A stretch of 51,456 bases of DNA from Octopus bimaculoides. Its lineage: Eukaryota. A program made the translations under genes and the position numbers. The stretch is taken from NCBI RefSeq assembly GCF_001194135.2, contig NC_068983.1, positions 49,378,357 through 49,429,812 of the forward strand. Direction: 5' to 3'. Of the stretch, positions 36,868-48,601 are shown piece by piece. A model generated the notes under the pieces. That model made no database searches, was not told where the DNA came from, and was given only the letters and a program-made list of their open reading frames with translations. Every line of letters begins with the position of its first letter. Position 1 is the stretch's first letter.

Positions 36868-37590
36868 AAGTGAGACCATAATCCAAGGCCTCTGCCTGGA
36901 GTGTAGCCAGCCCACTTATGTGTACCTTTCCTTCATTGGACACGAAACTCTGCTTGCGAAGACCTGTTGAGGCAAGTGAAATCGAAATCGAACTAAATTG
37001 GACGACTGGCACCCATGCCAACATTTCCTTCATTGGACACTAAACTCAGCTTGCAAAGACCTATTGGGGCAAGTGAAAGTGAAATCGTGATGGCACCTGT
37101 ACCAGTGGAGCGCTAAGAGCACCGTNNNNNNNNNNCGTGATGGCACCTGTACCAGTGGAGCGCTAAGAGCACCGTCCGAGCGTGATCGTTGCCAGAGCAG
37201 CTGTCTGACTTCCGTGCCAGTGGCACGTAAATAGCTCCATTTGAGCGTAATTGTTCCTAGCACTTGTGCCGGTGACACAGGAAAAGACATTCGAGCGAGG
37301 TTGTTGCCAGTGACGCCGGACTGGCTCCTGTGCAGGTGGCACATAAAATACACCATTTTTGAGTGTGACCGTTGCCAGTACCGCCTGATTGGTCTTCGTA
37401 CCGGTGTCATGTAAAAGTACCCACTACATTCTCGGATTGGTTGGCATTAAGAAGGGCATCCAACTGTAGAAACTCTGCCAAATCAGATTAGAGCCTGGTG
37501 TAGCCATCTGATTCGCCAGTCCTCAGTCAAATCGTCCAACCCATGCTAGCATGGAATGCGGACGTTAAACGATGAGGATGATGATGATGA
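36868..37590 (+). mobile_element. RTE LINE 3' UTR with internal tandem units and (GAT)n tail
   Basis: Close paralogue of 49927-50485. Contains a 10-N gap with duplicated flanks. Confidence 0.8.
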
Positions 37591-37739
37591 TGATGTGAAT
37601 AAGATGATGTTTGTGCTCGAAAATAGGACAATAAGAATAGTTTCCAAGATAAAACATAAAATATCCTAGAAACAGAATCTTTGCTTACTTTGTCTAATGG
37701 TCTTTGCACGTGAACATTATTAAGATTATAACCTTGACG

Positions 37740-38302
37740 ACTTGCTGTGTGGTTATGGACTTTGCAGTCAGTGCAGTTTTGCAGCCATGTGGGTTTGGGT
37801 TCAGTTCCACTGTGCAGCATCTCGAGCAGGTGTTTTCTACTGTAAGCCTGGTGCTTTGAGAGTTAATTTAATACCTAGAAGCTGTTGGGTAGCCTCCACT
37901 GTGTGTGTGAACGTGTATGTATATGTGCATGTGTGTGTATCTTTGTGTTTGTGTGTATATATATATACGTGCATCATTGTGCTTGCTTCTCGCCACTTAA
38001 GTATTGAAGTTGGTTTGTTTACTTCTCCATATGTTAGCAGCTCAACAAAAAGAAACTGACAAAATAATTAGTACTTTTACTTGTTTCAGTCATTTGACTG
38101 CGGCCATGCTGGAGCACCGCCTTTAGTCGAGCAAATCGACCCCAGGACTTTATTTTTTGTAAGCCTAGTACTTATTTTATCAGTCTCTATTGCTGAACCG
38201 CTAAGTTACAGGGGACATAAACACACCAGCATCGGTTGTCAAGCGATTTTGTGGGGACAAACACAGACACACAAACATATACACACAAACATATACACAC
38301 AA

Positions 38303-38339
<37 letters not shown>

Positions 38340-38420
38340 TACTGGATTTGATGTACTCATCTCTTTAAGGCAGTGCCCCTGGATGGTTATAGTCAAATGA
38401 CTGAAACATGTAAACTAATA
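37740..38420. mobile_element. Tail-to-tail pair of family B SINEs: degenerate + copy 37740-38075 and minus 3' half 38076-38420
   Basis: Homology to 43372-43775. Confidence 0.7.
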
Positions 38421-38795
38421 AAAGAATAAAAGCATGTTTACAATGAACTACATGTTGATCATCCTAATCTCTGATCAACAAATCAGCATCTTATTTCTGG
38501 ATTTGTGATGGATTTCCGTGATGCTTCAACGAATGTGGATTCAGCAAAAGACAGTTGCTCAGTAAAGACTGTGGAAATTGGCCTTCACCCAATGGCTGCC
38601 TGGGAACACAGTCAAAGCAGTACCCTCTACCTGTTCCCGTCAGCTTTTTTCTTTATTCCCACTGAACTTATGAAGAAAATGTGATGGTATTGCTGCTGGT
38701 ATCTTGGTTTGCTGAACAACCTGCACAATAAATATTACAGTGGGCATGGTTGGTGCAAATCCTGCCCCACTCTCTTCTCGTCCTTCAAACTTGTA

Positions 38796-38914
38796 TTACA
38801 TTATTTACATTTGGCGGATATTTGTCCTCATCTTGTTTGTTAGCACAACGTTCGTCAAATGTAAATAATGTAAATAACGTACATAATTCCTAATCTCTTA
38901 AATATAGAACTGTA
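38796..38914. mobile_element. Minimal inverted remnant of the hammerhead element
   Basis: Minus arm 38796-38852 ending at AACGTT, plus arm 38853-38914 carrying the 3' tail. Confidence 0.75.
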
Positions 38915-39097
38915 TAAACTTGTATTAGTCTTGTATTGGTCTGGTACACCAATAGCTATGAGCCCAATATATAGAACTAAAATGGATTTAAACAAGGACA
39001 TTTCATTTCTAAATTATGGATAATAACAGTCTTATTGCAGATGAATTAATGGTCTTGTGAATAAGAGCATTGCTAGCAGAAATATTACCATGTTGCA

Positions 39098-39331
39098 AGG
39101 CAGCAAGCTGGCAGAATCGTTAGTAGGCGGGCGAAACGCTTAGTGGTATTTCGTCTGCCGTTATGTTCTGAGTTCAAATTCTACCGAGGTCGACTTTGCC
39201 TTTCATCCTTTCGGGGTCGATAAATTAAGTACCAGTTATGCACTGGGGTCGATGTAATCGATTTAACCCCTTTGTCTGTCCTTGTTTGCCTGTCTATGTT
39301 TAGCCACTTGTGGGCAATAAAGAAATTAGAA
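39098..39331 (+). mobile_element. Family D (Nin-domain) SINE, full length; degenerate second copy at 39380-39470
   Basis: High similarity to 21107-21340. Confidence 0.85.
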
Positions 39332-39564
39332 ACATTACCATGCTGGACAAAATACTTCGTGACATTTTGTCTCTCTTCCCGTTCGGAGCTCAAATTCTGC
39401 TGAGCTTAACTTTGCCTGTCATCCCTTTGGGATTGATAAAACAAGTAGCTGTCAAGTACTGATGTCAATGTAATTATCTTCACACTCCCCTCGAAAATTG
39501 TTGGCCCTTGTTTCCAAATTTGAAGCCCTTATCATCATCATCACAAATTAGATATAATACCTTA

Positions 39565-39792
39565 TATTGTGTCTGGGGTTTCATATTGTCTTAATGCTCT
39601 ATTATCTAACACACATACCGATTTGATTTCCACTCATTTATTATTTATATTTTTTCTTGTGGAAATCGAACTGATGAGCGAGTTGGATAACAAGGCATTA
39701 AAATAATATGACTCTCCTCAGACACAACATAATTTGCTTCAACACAGGAGTTCCGATAAAGAATCTTGCTAACCAGATACAAAACTAGAAGT
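39565..39792 (-). mobile_element. Short member of the asymmetric foldback family
   Basis: Hairpin 39565-39730 plus the same ~60-bp unique end as 4202-4264. Confidence 0.7.
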
Positions 39793-40231
39793 AATACTTT
39801 ATAGTTCGATTTTAGATTGATACTATGTATTTATATCCAATGATAAAGCATCTGGTGATGGTGGAAATGACTGCAGATCCAAACAATTCAAACATCAAAA
39901 CATAGTATAAATGTAAACACTAAGAACAAATGTTTTATTATCACAGATGAAGTCAATAGTCTTTAAATTTTTAATCTTGTTAATAACATACTAATCATTT
40001 AAGACATTTAGAAACTTAATCTGCAGTAATTTATTATAAACAAATTAAACTTTAAAATATTTCATTGCAACAAATTTCTGAAATACCTTATCATTTACGT
40101 ATACTGAATGGCCAATATAATAATCTCTGTATCCGAAAATAAGCTTAATCTACAAATAAGCTTTTGCAGATGTGTCATTAGTGGGATACATAATAACTGA
40201 ATAATAACAAACATAAGATTATTTTTTGTAG

Positions 40232-40287
40232 AGCTTCAGGATTCCAAGAGAGAAAATAATTCAAAGATGTTTCTCACAATTAAGCAT
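40232..40287 (+). CDS. Candidate exon 5 (SFRIPREKIIQRCFSQLS)
   Basis: Acceptor ttattttttgtag, donor AT|gtaaga, 56 nt, phase 0 to 2. A second frame is also open. Confidence 0.5.
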
Positions 40288-40560
40288 GTAAGAGTAATCT
40301 TTGTTTTTCTTGTTTCAGTTTTTACATATATGAGTCTTTGAAATGCAGCCTTAGTGGATTTTTTAAAATTGATCACATAGTACCCAAGACCTATGTTTTT
40401 TTATAGTTTGGTACTTATTCTATTGGTCACTTTTGCTGAACCACAAGATAATAAGGATACAGACAAACCAACAACATTTGTCAAACAGTAGCTCGCAACA
40501 AATGCAGACACCGAGACAGACAGACAGACACACACGTGCATGCACAAACATGCATGTGTG

Positions 40561-40830
40561 TATCATCATCATCATCATAATTTAACGTCCGCTTTCCATG
40601 CTAGCATGCGTGGGACGATTTGACTGGGAACTGGCGAACCAGATGGCTACACCAGGCTCCAATCTGATCTGGCAGAGTTTCGACACCTGGATGGCCTTCC
40701 TAATGCCAACCACTCTGAGAGTGTAGTGGGTGTTTTTTACGTGCCACCAGTATGAAGGCCAGTCCGGCGGTACTGGCAACGGCCACGCTCAAATGGTGCT
40801 TTTTACATGCCACTTGCACAGGAGTCAGTC
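40561..40830 (-). mobile_element. RTE 3' UTR fragment
   Basis: Reverse complement of the 50345-50485 tail. Confidence 0.85.
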
Positions 40831-40839
40831 CAATGTTTT

Positions 40840-41004
40840 GTTCTGCGTTCAAATTCTGCCGAGGTCGACTTTGCCTTTCATCCTTTTGGGGTGATAAATT
40901 AGGTACCAGTTACACACTGGGGTCGATGTAATCGACTTAATCCCTTTGTCTGTCCTTGTTTGTCCCTTCTATGTTTAGCCCCTTGTGGGCAATAAAGAAA
41001 TAAG
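40840..41004 (+). mobile_element. Family D SINE, 5'-truncated
   Basis: Nin-domain block and 3' end match 39098-39331. Confidence 0.85.
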
Positions 41005-41128
41005 GAAATTAGTTAACTTCATGCTCGAAATTCATATTTTCCCAACTCATGAAGGCAAGTCCTCATGTGGTGATATTGTGCATGCTTGGGGTCAACAAAA
41101 TAACACCCATAAAGTAGTAGCATTATGA

Positions 41129-41278
41129 CATTAATATTTATAATACTAAATAGCATTAATATTTATAATACTAAATAGCATTAATATTTATAATACTAAA
41201 TAGCATTAATATTTATAATACTAAATAGCATTAATATTTATAATACTAAATAGTATTAATATTTATAATACTAAATGG
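41129..41278. repeat. 25-bp tandem repeat, 6 copies (CATTAATATTTATAATACTAAATAG)
   Basis: Seen directly; first five copies identical. Confidence 0.95.
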
Positions 41279-41448
41279 CAGTGGATTATCAAACTTTGTA
41301 GAGCAGCATAGAAAATGCCATGTGATATTTAAATAGGATACTTTACATTCTGAGTTCAACTCTAGCCAAAGCTTACTTTGCCTTTCACCCTTTCAGGAAT
41401 TAATAAAATAAGCTGTCAGTCAAATACTAGTTTGATTTAATTGATCAT

Positions 41449-42084
41449 GTTATTTACATTATTTATATTTGACGGATATTTGTCCTCATCTTGTCTGTTG
41501 TTAACACAATGTTTCAGCTGATATACCCTCCAGACTTTTTCAGGTGTCTTTGGGAAATTTCGAACCTGGGTTCTCATTCCTAGGGTATTTTTCGACGTGG
41601 CACGTGAGAAACAACATTTGAGCGTGGTCGTTGCCAGTGCCACCGGATTGGCTCCTGTGTCGGTGGCTGCCAGAACCGCCTGACTGGCCCTCATGCCAGT
41701 GGCATGTAAAAAGCACTCATTACACTCTTGGAGTGGTCGGTGTTAGGAAGGGCATCCATCTGTACAAACCTTGCCAGACTAGACTGAGCCTGGTACGGCC
41801 TCTGGCTCACCAGTCCTCACTCAAACTGTCCAACCTATGCCAGCATGGAAAGCGAACATTAAAAGATGATTATGATTATTATTATTATTATTATTATCAT
41901 TCAGGTCACTGCCTGGAATCGAACTCGGAATCTTGGGGTTAGTGCTCTTAACCACTATGCCGTGGGCTGGAGAGTATATCAGCCGAAACGTGTTAACGAC
42001 AAACAAGATGAGGACAAATCTTTGTCAAATGTAAATAACGTAAATAATGTACATAATTCCTCATCTCTTAAATATAGAACTGTA
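41449..42084 (-). mobile_element. tRNA-head/hammerhead element (minus, 41449-41963) with nested RTE insert and inverted 3' arm plus tail (+, 41964-42084)
   Basis: Head on minus strand GGCATAGTGGTTAAGAG...GAGTTCGATTCC (41905-41963); core degenerate (CTGAAAA); plus arm GGCTG..CAGCCGAAACGT...GTACATAATTCCTCATCTCTTAAATATAGAACTGTA. Confidence 0.85.
41597..41875 (+). mobile_element. RTE 3' UTR fragment nested in the hammerhead element
   Basis: Homologous to 37300-37590. Confidence 0.8.
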
Positions 42085-42160
42085 TTACTTAACTGATCAT
42101 ATTTTCTGCTAAAATTTGCAACCTTCTGCCAATGTTGGAAATCAATGGAGTCTGTGCTAG

Positions 42161-42197
42161 GATTCCACATAGGAAATTGGAGTTTATTCTGAAGCAA
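42161..42197 (+). CDS. Candidate exon 6 (IPHRKLEFILKQ), 37 nt
   Basis: Consensus donor CAA|gtgagt, weak acceptor tctgtgctag, phase 2 to 0. Confidence 0.45.
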
Positions 42198-42829
42198 GTG
42201 AGTTTAGCTTTGTTTTTTTTTATTGCGTGCACTGGTAAAGAGAATATTTAAGTGCAGCAAATGTGAAACTACTTAAACAGCTATTTAACACCTTAAATGC
42301 AGGATACGTTTTAAGAGATCTACTACAAAAGGTTTAAAAAAATGATACAAAAGAATACAGAGTTGTTTAATTGATAATTGTAATTTTAGCTTAGCTGAAT
42401 CAATTTTCCTATCTGTAGATATATCCCCCGTGTATTTCAACTTTGTTTGTTTTATTATCTAACGTTTTAGAAATATCTGGAAGTAGGAAATGAAATTAAA
42501 GTTTAAAATTAATTAGTATAAAAGAAAATCTAACTGTGCATTTAAATACTTATGTGAGCTAATTACTATAAATAATCAATATTTATTACTGAGCCACTAC
42601 CTCGATACAATTAGATTGTTATTTTACTTGTTTAATTTCATATATACATGAAATATAAGGAAGCAGACAAGATGTCTGCGTTTTCTGCTTCGTTATTCAT
42701 TGCTGACTGCTTCAACTGAATCAACAGTCAACCTTATGGGTAGGTAGAATTAGAAATTAGGATAGATTTAGTGTAGAAGAAATGGAAATTATAGAATAAT
42801 TCATGTCTTTGAGAATCAAAGATATTGTC

Positions 42830-43165
42830 ATCATCATCATCATCATTATCGTTTAACATCCGCTTTCAATGCTAGCATGGGTGGGACGATTTGACTTAGG
42901 ACTGGTGAACCAGGTGGCTACACCAGGCTCCAATCTGATTTGGCAGAGTTTCTACAGCTGGATGCCCTTCCTAACGCCAACCACTCCGAGAGTGTAGTGG
43001 GTGCCTTTACGTGCCACCGGCACGAAGGCCAGTCAGGCGGGTACTGGCAATGGCCACGCTCAAAATGGTGTATTTTATGTGCCACCTGCACAGGAGCCAG
43101 TCCAGCAGCACTGGCAACGATCTCGCTTGAATGTCTTTACATGTGCCAGGAAGGCGACGCTGGGC
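42830..43165 (-). mobile_element. RTE 3' UTR fragment
   Basis: (CAT)n tail then reverse complement of the family consensus. Confidence 0.85.
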
Positions 43166-43371
43166 ATAGGGGTATCTTTCAATAATTCCATCCTTCCCGA
43201 AATTTGTCAACACTGCTCTTGACATTCCTGTGCACCCTTTCTTATTTATTGTTCTTTTACTTTTCATTTTGTTTTTTTTTTAATTTTTGTATCCATTGTG
43301 CTGTGTATACAATTTTGGCTGTTGCTGCTGGCTTTCTTTGCTTGACCTATTGCTCTGTTACTCTCTCTTTT

Positions 43372-43775
43372 ACTCTTTTACTTGTTTCAGACATTTTGAC
43401 TGTAGCCATGCTGGAGCACCACCTTTAGTTAATCTAATCAAACCCAGGACTTATTCTTTGTAAGCCTAGTACTTATTCTATCGGTCTGTTTTGCCGAACC
43501 GCTATGTTATAGGGACGTAAACACACCAGCATCGGTTGTCAAGCGATGGTAGGAGGACAAACACAGACACACAAACACAAACACGCATGCATACATATAT
43601 ACAAATATACGATGGGCTTCTTTCAGTTTCCATCTACCAAATCCACTCACAAGGCTTTGGTCGGCCTGAGGCTATAGTAGAAGACACTTGCCAAAGGTGT
43701 CACGCAGTGGGACTGAACCCGGAACCATGTGGTTGGTAAGCAAACTACTTACCACACAGCCACTCCTGCGCCTAT
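43372..43775 (-). mobile_element. Family B SINE, near full length
   Basis: Minus strand ATAGGCGCAGGAGTGGCTGTGTGG...GGGTTCAGTCCC...CCTTTGGCAAGTGTCTTCTACTATAGC. Confidence 0.9.
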
Positions 43776-44946
43776 GCTGTTTTTTTTTGTCTCCATGGGA
43801 TTTTCTTGTTCTGATGACTTGTGGTACACCTGAAGACTCCATACAATTACTCTGTGAGTACTAGGTCACAATTGGAGCGACAAAAATTATCACACTAAAT
43901 AAATAAGTGTTCAAGTAAAGTTAACAGTTTTTGTGTGCTTTTGAATGGCTAATGTATATCTTCGATGCTGTAATTGCTTTAGCTTCAATGCACAATCTCA
44001 GATCAAATCACTTGTCTGACCATAGATCTTCTTGAATAGGCTTGAACATGAGACAGACTTCCAACAAAAATACCTCCTACCCCACCATCAAGTTATATCA
44101 CCCCCTCCAAGTTATGCACTGACCACATTGTTCAGTCTGTGAGACAGCTTTCATTTGAAGTCTATGACAGACATTTCAAAATCTTTTTATCTTTTTTAAT
44201 AAATTTCTATAGCTTACATTTGTAATAAATGTTTATACCTTTTAATATATAAGTGTCAGAAACTTTATATATATATCACTTAATATCCAAAATAAATCAT
44301 CTGGTGATATCAATCGGACAATTAATGTAAGACGAAAATTTATGTTACACCTCATACAGCATTTGTTTTATGTTCCTTACATAATTTTATATGTTTGAGA
44401 GGAAAGCTAGAAATGTTTTATTCTTTTGAATTATTTAATTTGTATATGCTCTACATTGCATTGTCATATTCATTGTACACTAATTGCCAAATTTACACCA
44501 GTAGGTGATTTATGATATAAATTGTTTAATATGGGAAGCATGGTTTAGAATGGCCATGCTGTTTAAAAGATCGTATTGGAACTATATGATTTTAAGTTCC
44601 ATCTCACTGTATAATAGTTAGAGGTGGCGAATACTTTGATTATGGAATGTGGATTGTGGAAAATGTGTGGAATCTCATCAAGCATGCAGCTAATAATGAA
44701 ATGTATGTTTCATGATTCAGTATACTACAGAAAACTGCTTTAATGTTCAATGAGACCTAACAAGATTGGAATTGAGATGTTTGTTAAACTCAGAAAAACT
44801 GGTAATTTTTACTGGAATTTATAATTTATACTGAAGAAACAAACCTGTTCCAACAGTGTATGAGACTTAATCTGATTGAACACAAGAATTTTTTCAGTTA
44901 AATTCGAATATTATAATTTCTATATTTTACTGGTTTTCATGAATTC

Positions 44947-45425
44947 GTCATCATCATCAAAATCATTTAACGTCCACTTTCCATGCTAGCATGGGTTGGA
45001 CGATTTGATTGAGGACTGGCGAACCAGATGGCTGCACCAGGCTCCAATCTGATCTGGCAGAGTTTCTGCAGCTGGATGCCCTTCCTAACGCCAACCACTC
45101 CGAGAGTGTAATGGGTGATTTTACATGCCACTGGCACGAGGGCCAGTCTAGCGATACTGGCAGCAGCCATGCTCAAATGGTGTTTTTATGTGCCACCTAC
45201 ACAGGAGTCAGTCCAGTGACACTGGCAAAGACCTCGCTTGAATGTTTTGTTCACATGCCACCAGCATGTTACTAGCATCGCCAGTAAGGTGACGCTGCTA
45301 ACAATCACGCTCAAATGGTGCTTTTTTACGTGCCACCGGCACGGAAGCCAGACCGTTGCTCTGGCAGTAATCCCGCTCGGATGGTGCTGTTAGCGCTCCA
45401 CTGGCACAGGTGCCAGTCATCGAAT
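44947..45425 (-). mobile_element. RTE 3' UTR fragment with tandem units
   Basis: Homologous to 37140-37590. Confidence 0.85.
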
Positions 45426-46518
45426 AAATTAACACTATCCCAATACTGAATGTAGTCTCAGAAAATTGAAATCAAGACATTGCAATTGTTTGATTCAAAT
45501 GCTTTCATTTGGTGTTAGGCCACAAATATTATTTCAGACTAAAACTAGATGCTTGCTGTTTTCATATGCAATGTATTAAATAACAATTTAAAATAAACAT
45601 TTCTACTTTGTATATAATAAATATTTTGCTAAATGGTTGAATCAATACCCACTGAGAACTAATATTTATTCATATCAGTTTGTAAAATATTAAAGTAAAT
45701 AAACTCGGAGAAGGATTTCAATACAGAACACAAAAATCTTGGACAGAATATTAGTATCTATTCTATTCATCTGTTGCAATGTTCGCCAAATCATTATCTT
45801 CATAGTAGTAGTTGTTGTCTTATTAATCACAATCACTACCTCAGGTAGTACCATTGTTCTCCTCCTTCTCATCGTCATCTCCTTTCTTTTATCATGATGA
45901 TCATCATTCTTGTTATCTCTTTTACATCCGCTTTTCCATGATTGCATATTTAAGAGTATTATAATTTGTTGTAAATTTTAGCTATATCACCCCCAGTACA
46001 ACCCTGAGTGGGAAGACGTTTGATCAAAGACCAACTTAAATACAGCTTTAAGAGACGAGGAATCGTTACGAGCGTTATTACCTTGTATTTTATTATAGTT
46101 CTTTTTAGTGTATTTACTTATTAATTTTTTCTTCGATTCTTTTCTCTACATTATATATTGATATATTATATACTGTGAAACTTGATTTAATTTTAATTTC
46201 TGATAAATTGAATATAATTGAGTTTTTACCTGTAAATTTGGATTTTTATCCCTAATATTATTATTATTATCATTATATATATATATATATATATATAAAT
46301 CACAGCATGATGATAGTTGTTAAGCCAAAACCTCAACATCACCACACTTTAGAAACAGAGACTTCCAATATGAAATGATATGAGCCATATTAAAAACTAT
46401 TCAACTCNNNNNNNNNNATATATATATATATATGCATGTATGTATATGGAAAATGAAAGATGGAAGATGGAATATATGAGAATTTATATAATCATGACAA
46501 TTGTTTCAACACACCTAG

Positions 46519-46591
46519 CATCGATCCTGCATGGCTGAGACACTCAACAACTGGTTCAGGAGGATCCGGCGGTGCAGATGTATCTCGTCGG
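46519..46591 (+). CDS. Candidate exon 7 (HRSCMAETLNNWFRRIRRCRCISS)
   Basis: GC-rich island, acceptor ttgtttcaacacacctag, donor G|gtgata, phase 0 to 1. Confidence 0.45.
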
Positions 46592-46652
46592 GTGATAAAT
46601 AAATATAACTCGTTAGAATAACAGTTCTGCAATATAAATTCCCATCTTGTAG

Positions 46653-46773
46653 AAAGAAAAGCAGCCAGACAGAGGAAATATCTTCATGTATATAGAGCAT
46701 CCAAAACAAAATCACAGATGACAAAAAGAGAAATAAACACGCAATCCAATGAGAAAAGTATTAATGCTACCAG
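46653..46773 (+). CDS. Candidate exon 8 (RKAARQRKYLHVYRASKTKSQMTKREINTQSNEKSINAT)
   Basis: Acceptor aattcccatcttgtag after a 61-nt intron, phase 1. 3' end ambiguous (donor at 46758 or 46774, or read-through to a stop near 46806). Confidence 0.4.
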
Positions 46774-46941
46774 GTGCAAGCCATTCATTTTATTATCCAT
46801 TATATAAATACATACTTGATTATTTCATATGCGAATATCACAGTATACAATATATATAATACTATGTACATTTATATTCCTACATACATGCATACATACA
46901 TACATACATTCATACATACATACATACATACATACACACAT

Positions 46942-46984
<43 letters not shown>

Positions 46985-47804
46985 AAATATGTACAGTTGA
47001 GTGCAAACCAGAAAGATAGAAGTGGATATATATATAAATATGAATCTAAACGTAGATTCATTGAAAGCAGCACTTCACAAATCATTACTCTACATTTCTT
47101 GTTGTAGATCTTCAAATGATTGATCAACGGAGCAGGACAAATATATTATTGGCTCCATAGCTCAGCGACAATACACTACTTCTGTAGACCTAATATTCAA
47201 AAGTATAAAAATAGACTCAGAAATAGCTTTGTGATATGATTCAATACATGTTTTAAATTTAAGAGCAAACTCAGTTAAATCGTTTCCTAATTTAATTTTT
47301 TTCCAATTTCTAACAAACCATAAATAGTACATTTTTGACAGATTTGAATAAGGTTAGTTTGGTTTTTTTCAAAAATGTCTCTCTAAGTGCCAATTCCAAT
47401 TCTAATGTTAATCTCCTTTCTGGCACAAATTACTCACCTCATTCGCCCAACTGTAACTGTAACAGTCGTAATATTTGCTTACTTAGTGGCAACTGTCTGA
47501 TAAAATAGTATGTCTGTTCTGTCTCAACATACTGTGACAAATTCCTCTGATAGATGAACTGAACAATTTTTTAAGCCCCATTTTTACTTACACAGATATT
47601 ATCATATTCACCTACACGGGAAATTTAAGAAAACCACATTCAAGTATATTTTGTTCTTGAAAGAGAGACAAGCACACATACATTCAGATTAAGCTTTGAC
47701 GCTATTATACTGACATGTAAGCTTTCACCGAAAACAACAGTGCCTGCTAGGCTTAACTGAAAAATTTGTATATTCTGTTTCCAAATTCTGAAAGGGCTGC
47801 ATGG

Positions 47805-48120
47805 TTGTGAAGTTCAATTTGCAATCATGTGGTTTCAGGTTAATTCCCTTTGCACAATACCTTGGACAAGTGTCTTCTACTATAACCCGGAGCTGATCAA
47901 TGCCTCATTAGTGACTTTCGTGGAAGATGGAAACTGTGAAGAAGCCCCTGTATATGTGTGTTTATATCAGTGCATGTCTGTACCACACTATCACTTGACA
48001 ACTGGTGTTGGTTTCTTTACATTCTTGTAAGTCAGTGATTTAATAAACCTCTGACTTAAGAATAAGTACAGTGGTTGATGTATTTAAGTAACCTCATCAA
48101 GGGTGTAACTCACTATGAAT
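47805..48120 (+). mobile_element. Degenerate family B SINE
   Basis: CAATACCTTGGACAAGTGTCTTCTACTATAAC CORE-like block. Confidence 0.65.
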
Positions 48121-48182
48121 GCAGTTCAATGACTAAAGCAGTGGTTCCCAAACCTTTTATTTAAATGAGTTTTCCTACGGAC

Positions 48183-48219
<37 letters not shown>

Positions 48220-48224
<5 letters not shown>

Positions 48225-48601
48225 CATAAGAGTGGCTGTGTGGTAGGTAACTTGCTTACTAACCACATGGTTCAATCCCATTGCATGGCACCTTGGGTAA
48301 GTGTCTTCTACTATAGCCTCAGGCTGACCAAAGCTTTGTGAGTGGATTTGGTAGACGGAAACAGAAAGAAGCCTGTCACACACATATGTGTGTGTGTGTG
48401 TGCTTCTCCCCCAATCAACGCTTGACAAGTGATGCTTGTGTGTTTACATCCTTGTAACTTAGTGGTTTGGCAAAAGAGACTGATAGAATAAGTAATAGGT
48501 TTACAAATAATAAGTCCTGGGGTCGATTTGCTCAACTAAAGGTGTGGCTCCAGCATGGACACAATCAAATAACTGAAACAAATAAAAGAAAAAGAATAAA
48601 A
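48220..48601 (+). mobile_element. Family B SINE, near full length
   Basis: Paralogue of 43372-43775. Confidence 0.85.

Noticed and set aside
37086-37175. Exact 40-bp direct repeat
   Set aside because: It flanks a 10-N gap and is absent from the paralogue at 50240-50300; contig-overlap artefact.
47405-47570. Minus-strand consensus donors (gtgagt, gtaagc) with a 43-codon open frame; also a CAG|gtaagt donor near 9955
   Set aside because: No consistent acceptor or phase chain found; insufficient for a second gene.
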